Source: Octopus sinensis
Lineage: Eukaryota
Length of the DNA stretch: 6,987 nt
Assembly (NCBI RefSeq): GCF_006345805.1
Contig: NW_021829012.1
Coordinates: 1-6,987, forward strand
Direction of reading: 5' to 3'
Shown: piece by piece, positions 1-6,189 of the stretch
How the letters are laid out: each line of letters begins with the position of its first letter
Position numbering within the stretch: the first letter of the stretch is position 1
Made by a program: the position numbers and the translations under genes
The notes under the pieces: generated by a model
Seen by the model: only the letters and a program-made list of their open reading frames with translations
What the model was told of the DNA's origin: nothing
Databases searched by the model: none

Positions 1-300
1 ATCATCAAGCATCATCATCAACACCATCCCTCATCATCATCAGCATCATTTCACCATCGTTGTCAATCATCATCATCGTCATCATCATCATCACCATTAT
101 CTACCTCGTTGTCATCCACCATGATTACACACCATCACCATCATCATCGTCGTCGTCGTCGTATGAAGATCACTACTATTCCTCTCATCACCACTAACAC
201 TATCGTCTTCACCACCGTCACCATGACCCCGTCGTCATCATCATCATCATCATCATCGTCATCATCATCATCGTCATTATCCTCAAACGTTGTCATCATC
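1..300. repeat. Degenerate (CAT)n/(CGT)n trinucleotide microsatellite
   Basis: Runs of catcatcat/cgtcgt throughout; produces the poly-His/Ser/Arg ORF 109..420. Confidence 0.95.
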
Positions 301-379
301 GTTGAAATTACTTTTCATCTTCAACCTCTTGACAAGACAATCCGAAATGACCTCCTCAACTTTAATCAAATAATGGTCT
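283..379 (-). CDS. Candidate 3'-terminal coding exon (phase 2), [31 protein letters not shown]; product unknown
   Basis: Minus strand reads ctaaac...cttttgcacacaacttttccacag|A GAC CAT TAT: branch-like motif, pyrimidine tract and CAG acceptor. One frame is open for 31 codons to TGA (283-285); the other two stop within 6 codons. It is the only complex sequence between two microsatellites. No homolog recognised. Confidence 0.4.
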
Positions 380-432
380 CTGTGGAAAAGTTGTGTGCAA
401 AAGCTACGGAAGTAGTTTAGTGATAGGAACGG

Positions 433-840
433 GTGTGGGTGTGTATGTGTGTGTATACGTGTCTGTGTGTACGCCTCTGTGTGTGTATGCATGTGTGTGT
501 ACGTGTGTGTGTATGTGTGAGTATATGTGTGTGTACGCCTCTGTGTGTATCCATGTGTGTGTACGTGTGTGTCTGTGTATGCGTGTGTGTGTGTATGTGT
601 GTATGTGTATGTATGTGTGTGTGTGTGTGTGTGTGTGCTCGTGTGTACGCGTGTGTACCTGCGTGTGTGCGTCTATGCATGTATGTGTGTGCGTGAGTGT
701 CTATGCATGTGTGTGTATGCGTGTGTGTTTGTATGTGTGTGTCAGTGTGTGTATATGTGCGTGTGTACGTGAGTGTGTTTATGTATGTGTGTGTGCCTGA
801 GTGTATGTATGTGTGTCTGTATCTGTGTGTGCGTGTGTTT
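433..840. repeat. Cryptic (TG)n/(TGTA)n microsatellite
   Basis: About 400 bp of interrupted gtgt/gtat repeats; source of the Val-Cys and His-Thr ORFs. Confidence 0.95.
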
Positions 841-902
841 GCTTGTTGATAGAATAAGTAAAATGTATACAATCCAGCAGCAAAGAACTATCGTTCAATG
901 AT

Positions 903-1106
903 TTATCCGTGAACTACTTTAAGTTTCATGTTTCCATAATTTTTTCCCGTAACGTTTTTCGTTTCGTTGTTCAGTTTTTTATCCATCCCATTGAATAGAC
1001 ATGTCATTTCAACATAAACGATTGCCAAGTCGTGCACTGTACGCTATACAAGCCTGTCTAATCGCCGCATTAATCGAGCATGAAACTTGAAGTAGTTCAC
1101 CTATAA
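903..1106. mobile_element. Inverted-repeat-bounded segment, possible MITE
   Basis: 909-930 gtgaactactttaagtttcatg and 1079-1100 catgaaacttgaagtagttcac are reverse complements at 21/22, extendable to 25/28 (903-930 vs 1079-1106), with a 148-bp spacer. No clear TSD. Confidence 0.4.
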
Positions 1107-1194
1107 CTCCTGTATCCATCATCATCGTGTAGGCATATGAAAAAGGGATTTACTTCTTCAGAAGCAAGAATATAAAAAGAACTGGTTTGGGTTG

Positions 1195-1258
1195 TCTTAA
1201 AATGATTTTTAGTTTTTTAAATGTTCTTAAAATGATTTTTAGTTTTTTAAATGTTCTT
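1195..1258. repeat. Perfect 30-bp tandem duplication (2.1 copies)
   Basis: tcttaaaatgatttttagttttttaaatgt at 1195-1224 and 1225-1254, then tctt. Confidence 0.95.
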
Positions 1259-1483
1259 CAATTTTTCTAAAATAGCGGTTTTAACAAATTTTTTGCTTTC
1301 CGTAAATAGAATTAAGATGAAAATTTAAAACAAAAAGAATTCCAGCTGAAAGTTTCACAGCGATAAAGTATGCTCAGAAGTCAAATGTTCAACAAGTTTT
1401 ACATTAAAATAACACGGTGAAAATTCAATCAGTTTTACTGCAATAACAATCGATGGAAGTTCAAATTTCAATACACATCAAAG

Positions 1484-1703
1484 TAATAATCCTTTCTCCT
1501 ATAGACACAGGGTCTGAAATTTTGGGGGAGGAGGCAAGTCGATTAGATCGACCCCAGTGTTTCACTGGTACTTAATTTATAGACCCCGAAAAGATAAAAG
1601 TCAAAGTCGACCTCGACGGAATATGACCTCAGAACGTAAAGACAGACGAAATACCGCTAATTATTTCGCCCGGCGTGCTAACGATTCTGCCAGTTCGCCG
1701 CCT
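1484..1703 (-). mobile_element. tRNA-derived SINE, full-length monomer (copy 1)
   Basis: On the minus strand: GGCGGCG start, A-box-like TGGCAGAATCG (1682-1692), degenerate B box, central GTCGAC..TTTATC..TTTCGGGGTC region and tail ending AAAGGATTATTA. Aligns with six other segments in the window. Confidence 0.9.
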
Positions 1704-1718
1704 TATATTTCATAGTAG

Positions 1719-2055
1719 ACCCCAGTACGCACCTGGTACTTAATTTATCGAACCCGAAAGAATGAAAGGCAAAGTCGACCTTGGCTGAATTTGAACTCAG
1801 AACGCAAAGACAGACGAAATACCTATTTCTTTACTACCCACAAGGGGCTAAACATAGAGGGGACAAACAAGGACAGACAAAGGGATTAAGTCGATTACAT
1901 CGACCCCAGTGCGTAACTGGTACTTAATTTATCGACCCCGAAAGGATGAAAAGCAAAGTCGACCTCGGCGGAATTTGAACTCAGAACGTAACGGCAGACG
2001 AAGTACCGCAAAGCATTTCGCCCGGCGTGCTAACGATTCCGCCACCTCTCCGCCT
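1719..2055 (-). mobile_element. Dimeric SINE copy 1: full monomer A (1824-2055) fused to headless monomer B (1719-1823, 3'-truncated)
   Basis: Monomer A has A/B-box-like motifs (B box GAGTTCAAATTC = rc of 1971-1982) and a distinct tail. It is joined at gaaatacc|tatttc to a second unit lacking the A box. Candidate 15-bp TSD at 1704-1718 and 2056-2070 (12/15). Confidence 0.88.
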
Positions 2056-2234
2056 TCTACTTCGTAGTAGTAATGAGATAGAAATTTAAAAAGTTAGTTT
2101 CATAGCAAAAAATATTTTAGCGATTAGACATGATGAAGAATTTAAAATATCAGGAAAAATTTATACACGGTCTGCAGAATTGTTCGTAGTCTACTTCCAT
2201 AATGGAAGGCGAAAATTAACCTATTTTCAAACTA

Positions 2235-2440
2235 ATATTGGTTTCAAAATTTGGTACAAGGCTCGCAATTTCGAAGAAAAGTTAAGTTGATGACATCATC
2301 CCCAGTGTTTAATTAGTATTTATATTATCGATCCCGAAAATATAAACTCAACTCCGGCAGAAATTGAACTCAGAACGTAAAGAGGGACGAAATATCGCTT
2401 AGCATCCTGCCCGATGTGCGGTTCTGCCAGACCGCCGCCT
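2235..2440 (-). mobile_element. Older, diverged SINE monomer with a third tail type
   Basis: cccagtgtttaattagtatt...gaactcagaacgtaaagagggacgaaat...ttctgccagaccgccgcct aligns to the other copies with many substitutions and deletions; tail ggtttcaaaatttggtacaagg. Confidence 0.8.
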
Positions 2441-2480
2441 CATGTTTTCTCTTTTCTGCTTTTTTTTTTTTTTTAACTAA

Positions 2481-2815
2481 TATTCTTTTCTACTCTAATT
2501 TTGGGGGAGGGGGCCAGTCGAGAAGGGCAAAGTCAACCTCGGCGGAATTTGAACTCGGAACACGTAGCGGCAGGCGAAATACCTATTTCTTTACTACCCA
2601 CATGGGACCAAATACAGAGAGGACAAACAAGGACAGACAAACGGATTAAGTCGATTAGATCGACCCCAGTGCGTAACTGGTACTTATTTAATCGACCCCG
2701 AAAGGATGAAAGGCAAAATCGACCTCGGCGGAATTTGAACTCAGAACGTAACGGCAGACAAAATACGGCTACGCATTTCACGCGGCGTGCTAACGTTTCT
2801 GCCAGCTCGCCGCCT
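2481..2815 (-). mobile_element. Dimeric SINE copy 2: monomer A (2584-2815) plus internally deleted monomer B (2481-2583)
   Basis: Same gaaatacc|tatttc junction (2576-2589). Monomer A is 232 bp as in copy 1, about 90% identical (about 23 differences by hand count). Monomer B lacks ~53 nt after 2521, and ~15 nt of tail relative to the 1484-1703 copy. Confidence 0.9.
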
Positions 2816-2890
2816 CATTCTTTTCTTTTTTTTTTCTTTCTAACTAATATTGCCTTGTACGTGTAGGTTTCCAAGACATCGGCTGAAGTC

Positions 2891-2973
2891 CTGATTGGTT
2901 ACTTCCTCAAAGACCTCACTCGTTTTTTGACCGCCTGTGACCAAGCGTTCTGGTTGATTCACTGACCGGAAAT
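2891..2973. promoter_or_regulatory. NF-Y-type CCAAT box (AACCAATCAG on minus, 2891-2900) with ETS-like cores (ACTTCC 2901-2906, CCGGAAAT 2966-2973)
   Basis: Motif matches only, in unique sequence between SINEs. Confidence 0.2.
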
Positions 2974-3163
2974 GTCGTATGCATATCGATCATTCTGATC
3001 ACGTTTTTGTTGTTTTTTTTATCCAATAGTAATCCAGTTATTTGATGTGGGCATCATTTGTTCATCAAGTAGTCCGGTGTTCCGCTTGGCTGACTCCCTT
3101 AAGATGTCGTCACTCATTCTTTCTTATCTCCTGGTTGACTGACCGCTTAATATCATCACTTGT

Positions 3164-3269
3164 TTTACGTTCTGAGTTCAAACTCCGCCGAGAACGACTT
3201 TGCCTTTTATCCTTTTGGAATCGATAAATTAAGTACCAGTTGCCTACTGGGGTCGATCTAATCCGCTGG
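3164..3269 (+). mobile_element. Headless SINE fragment, opposite orientation to the cluster
   Basis: ttttacgttctgagttcaaactccgccgagaacgactttgcc...ctggggtcgatctaatc is the reverse complement of the monomer body; B box present, A box absent. Confidence 0.88.
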
Positions 3270-3348
3270 TCTAACTAAACAGTGGTTTGAAGTTAATGTT
3301 TCATACCCCGGATGAAGCACATTACCTCAACATTTAATTTACCTTATT

Positions 3349-3492
3349 ATTGAAAATCTTGTTGAACGTTGGGAAGAAGTTGTAATCAAGGATGAATACA
3401 TTATTGATTAATTAGTTGTTATTTTTTTTATTAAGCCTTTTAAAAAGATTAAAATTGCGAAAAACGTCGGGAACTTAGTTGCCAACCCAATA
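3349..3492 (+). mobile_element. 3' end of a mariner (Tc1/mariner) DNA transposon: transposase C-terminus, right TIR and TA target
   Basis: 3349-3411 translates IENLVERWEEVVIKDEYIID*, the typical mariner C-terminal pattern (GI.KL.ERW..V...G.Y). It is followed by ...gaacttagttgccaacccaa (ends 3490) and TA. The rc TTGGGTTGGCAACTAAGT matches the mellifera-subfamily TIR as I recall it. No left TIR is seen in the window. Confidence 0.85.
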
Positions 3493-3860
3493 TATAAATT
3501 ATGAGTTAAAGGATATGCAACCGTCTAAGGAATAAATGTACCCGTAAGCACTACTGATGTAGTACCTAACTATGTATAGGCTTTGGTGTAAGGTTAACAG
3601 CAGTTGGTAATTTAAATGGTAAAACCGTGGTTTAATATATTCAGACAAGAGAAGAAATGGAGCAGCAATCAACAATTAGAAGTTGATCATTGGTAGTGAA
3701 TGGTCATAGTTTAATTATAGTTAAAATAATGTTTACAGCTGTTTCAGTTTGTCATTTTTGAGATAAACTTGCATTTGTCTTATTCCACGGAACAAACATC
3801 GTCAGAATGATTTGGAGTTTATCAGAGGAATTATTTACAGGAGAACGAAGATCAACAGGA

Positions 3861-3950
3861 GAAAAAAAGAAAAAGGAAAAGAAAAAGGAAAAAAGGAAAA
3901 AAAAGAAAAAGGAAAAGAAAAAGGAAAAAAGGAAAATAAAGGGAAAAAAA
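3861..3950. repeat. A/G purine tract containing a 36-bp tandem duplication
   Basis: 3869-3904 and 3905-3940 differ at one base; source of the Lys/Glu-rich ORF 3812..4015. Confidence 0.85.
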
Positions 3951-4153
3951 TTGTTAAGTCTTTAGGCTTTCATTTAAAGGTTGCATGTGTGCGTACAGTT
4001 GCTTCAAGTAGATGAATAGAGCGGAAAGTGGGGGGAAGGACCAGTTGACCGGCGGTGTTAGTCGAAAGAGTTATGCCTGGTAGAAATATCCGCTGTTATT
4101 AATTATAATAAATAACGCAATTGTTAATTGTTGCTTCATTTCTTCTCTTATCC

Positions 4154-4154
<1 letters not shown>

Positions 4155-4194
<40 letters not shown>
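4155..4194. repeat. (TA)20 microsatellite
   Basis: Direct reading. Confidence 0.95.
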
Positions 4195-4201
<7 letters not shown>

Positions 4202-4340
4202 ATGAGAATTTACAAAAAAAAAAACGAATGACGAAGACTGGTGTGTAAACAACAAACAGATGTATTAGTTTAACGCTCGGGAAGTGAGAAACTCTTCTAC
4301 GTTTCGAGCCTATGCTCTTTAACAGAAAGGAACACAGAAA
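4195..4340 (-). mobile_element. Probable Penelope-like repeat fragment abutting (TA)n, with a degenerate hammerhead-like motif
   Basis: Minus strand 4329-4294 has GAGC-ATAG-GCTC-GAAAC-GTA (stem II, GAAA, ACGT palindrome, GUA triplet), but the CUGANGA core reads CTGTTAAA. Confidence 0.35.
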
Positions 4341-4474
4341 TATACGACGGGCTTCTTTCAGTTTCCGTCTACCAAATCCACTCACAAGATTTTGGTTGGC
4401 TCAAGGCTATAGTAGAAAACACTTGCCAAAGGTACCATGCAATAGGATTGAACCCATATGGTATGCAAGCTTCT
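4341..4474 (-). mobile_element. CORE-like tRNA-derived SINE fragment (second family)
   Basis: Minus strand has a GGTTCAATCC B box, then GGTACCTTTGGCAAGTGTTTTCTACTATAGCC, resembling the CORE domain (cf. MIR ACCTTGGGCAAGT). Matches 5540-5580 at 31/41. Confidence 0.75.
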
Positions 4475-4490
4475 GACTTTAGTATGCCAG

Positions 4491-4739
4491 TGTATGTATG
4501 TGCATGTATGTATGTATGTATGTATGTATGTATGTATGGATACATGCATGTATGCGTGTATATAATATATATATATATAGATATAGATATCGATATTGAT
4601 ATATATATATAGGTGTTTGTGTGTGTGTGTGTGTGGACAGCGGTGTCAAATGGACGCCCGACGGATTGGTCGGTCATAGTGATATATATGTGTGTGGTGT
4701 GTGTGTGTGTGTGGTGTGTGTGTGTGTGTTATATGTTAT

Positions 4740-4780
<41 letters not shown>
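4491..4780. repeat. Compound microsatellite (TATG)n-(TA/GA)n-(TG)n-(TA)n with a 50-bp unique island (4636-4684)
   Basis: Direct reading. Confidence 0.92.
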
Positions 4781-4783
<3 letters not shown>

Positions 4784-4886
4784 CCCTCATTTTGTAAATT
4801 ATTTATAAATTAACCATAAAGGTATTTTTTGATATGCTGGCCATTGATAAAAATTTTTTCACCGACAAAAATTTCTCCTATATTAG

Positions 4887-4887
<1 letters not shown>

Positions 4888-4922
<35 letters not shown>
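4888..4922. repeat. (TA)17 microsatellite, left flank of the inverted-repeat element
   Basis: Direct reading. Confidence 0.95.
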
Positions 4923-4925
<3 letters not shown>

Positions 4926-5355
4926 GGAATAATCCAAATTTACAGGGAAAAATCAGATTTGGATTAAATCCAATTTTATAGTAAAATATTATATAATATT
5001 AATTCGAGACAAAACCACTATTTTGCAAAACAAACAAGGAAAGACTTAATCAATACATAAAAATTTTTAATATAAAGAAATAAACCGCCACTACAATAAT
5101 AGGTTTCTTTATATTCAATTGTTTATAGGGTTTATTTTAGATTATATATTTTTCATTGATAATTTTATTATTTTAAACTTATATTTTAATATATTGATAT
5201 TTTAGATCGAAAATCCACCCGACGAATGTCATTGAAGACATGAAACGATTGTAGTGGCGGTTTATTTCTTTATATTAAAATTTTTTATGTATTGATTAAG
5301 TCTTTCCTTGTTTGTTTTGCAAAATAGTGGTTTTGTCTCGAATTAATATTATATA
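4923..5355. mobile_element. Non-autonomous inverted-repeat element with hammerhead motif, probably derived from a Penelope-like pseudo-LTR, lying between (TA)n arrays
   Basis: 4990-5097 and 5248-5355 are reverse complements at 107/108 with a 150-bp spacer. Hammerhead motif at 5215-5257. (TA)n lies on both sides. Confidence 0.7.
5215..5257 (+). ncRNA. Minimal type I hammerhead ribozyme motif (U4C variant)
   Basis: Stem I CCAC(5215-18)/GTGG(5254-57); core CCGACGA(5219-25) vs CUGANGA; stem II ATGTC-attgaa-GACAT(5226-41); GAAA(5242-45); stem III AC-gatt-GT; cleavage triplet GUA, with the cut predicted after 5253. Confidence 0.75.
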
Positions 5356-5371
5356 TATATATATATATATA
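5350..5371. repeat. (TA)11 microsatellite, right flank of the element
   Basis: Direct reading. Confidence 0.95.
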
Positions 5372-5481
5372 AGAATGTTTAAGTAGTTGAATGAATTATC
5401 CTATATGCAGTCTTCGAAACATGTGTCGAGAATAAAGGAATTTTGTTAAATCGTCGTTCGAACTCCATTCCTTCATTCATT

Positions 5482-5520
<39 letters not shown>
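5482..5520. repeat. (TA)n microsatellite
   Basis: Direct reading, one interruption. Confidence 0.95.
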
Positions 5521-5523
<3 letters not shown>

Positions 5524-5534
5524 TATTTTTCGGA

Positions 5535-5607
5535 CTGAGTCCCACTGCGCGGCACCTTGGACAAATGTCTCCTACTATAGAACCGCACCGACCAATGCCT
5601 TTTGAAG
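5535..5607 (+). mobile_element. CORE-like SINE fragment, inverted relative to 4341-4474
   Basis: tcccactgcgcggcaccttggacaaatgtctcctactatag aligns with the rc of the 4341-4474 copy at 31/41; 9 of the 10 differences are transitions. Confidence 0.72.
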
Positions 5608-5689
5608 GAAACTTTGAAGGAGTTTAAAGTTGAAAATTAGTAGAAAAAGCAAAGCGCAGGAGTCTTTCATCTTCTCTTGAAGTTGTAAA

Positions 5690-6125
5690 ATAAAGGAAGG
5701 CGAAACTCGTGCGATTCTTTGTGCCTGTTAGATCCCTCCGACATACGAAATCGCCAGGTTCGCAGAAATGAGGTTTAAAAACCTGATGAAAATCCTTTCA
5801 AGGTGTCATTATCGTTTTAATTACGGCAAATAAATGAAACGTTGATAAGATTTCGTTGTTGTTGTAATTGTTGACACTTCAGCTTTCGGGCAATGTGTGG
5901 CTCGTTTATAAATTATGCATCGTTTATGCTGTGTTTGGCGTTGTTGGTGTGAAGTGATCAGTCGGTTGGGTGTTCGCTTCGGAAAGGCGACACACAATGA
6001 AGTCGTTGAAGTTTCTCGTTACACCGCCGGCTCCGCCACCGTCGTCACATACCGACCCACTTTCTCTCTCTGTGACATCGTACAGTGTGACCAATTTGGC
6101 TGCAGCAATCTGATTGGTTGAAACA
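5690..6125 (-). promoter_or_regulatory. Candidate promoter and 5'-UTR region
   Basis: Unique, locally CpG-richer sequence. NF-Y consensus AACCAATCAG on the minus strand (6110-6119) and an opposing CCAAT (6091-6095). No ORF or TATA box identified. Confidence 0.3.
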
Positions 6126-6189
6126 CCGATAAGCATTTCAATTATATTTCCACACGATTCTGCTAATGTGTTATGGACTGCCTTTCTGT

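Noticed and set aside
109-872. ORFs 109..420, 393..800, 417..872, 433..696, 527..772
   Set aside because: Translations of (CAT)n and (TG)n repeats; stop-free because of repeat composition.
990-1128. Short ORFs: MSFQHKRLPS... (plus) and MMMDTGVIGELLQ... (minus)
   Set aside because: Under 40 aa, no recognisable similarity, and overlapping the inverted-repeat segment.
1484-2815. Regularly recurring sequence that might be read as a CRISPR array, or as tRNA genes
   Set aside because: Units are 100-340 bp with pol III boxes, tails and TSDs, in a eukaryotic context without cas genes. No cloverleaf forms because the A-B box spacing is expanded. These are SINEs.
2416-3227. ORFs 2416..2649, 2501..2866, 2533..2781, 3042..3227
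   Set aside because: They lie over non-coding SINE copies, with no protein-like features.
3725-3812. Minus-strand CTGACGA ... GAAAC-AGCT-GTA
   Set aside because: The intervening ~53 nt are not closed by a stem II, and stem I pairs only 2 bp.
3812-4015. Lys/Glu-rich ORF, and an EELFTG peptide (GFP-like) in another frame
   Set aside because: Driven by the A/G tract and its 36-bp duplication; the 6-residue match is chance-level, with no convincing splice sites.
4071-4813. ORFs 4071..4385, 4369..4677, 4613..4813
   Set aside because: They cross microsatellites and SINE or repeat fragments.
4931-4973. Alternative hairpins aatccaaat/atttggatt and ttggat/atccaa
   Set aside because: Real but short and AT-rich; no function can be supported from one copy.
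5388-5435. Third hammerhead-like piece: TTGAATGA...CGAAAC-ATGT-GTC between TA arrays
   Set aside because: GAAAC, an ACATGT palindrome and a GUC triplet are present, but there is no intact core, stem II or stem I pairing.
5772-5845. Exact CTGATGA core (5783-5789) with a downstream GAAACGT
   Set aside because: No stem II closes onto GAAA, no stem I partner follows the triplet, and the type III layout would need G at position 17.
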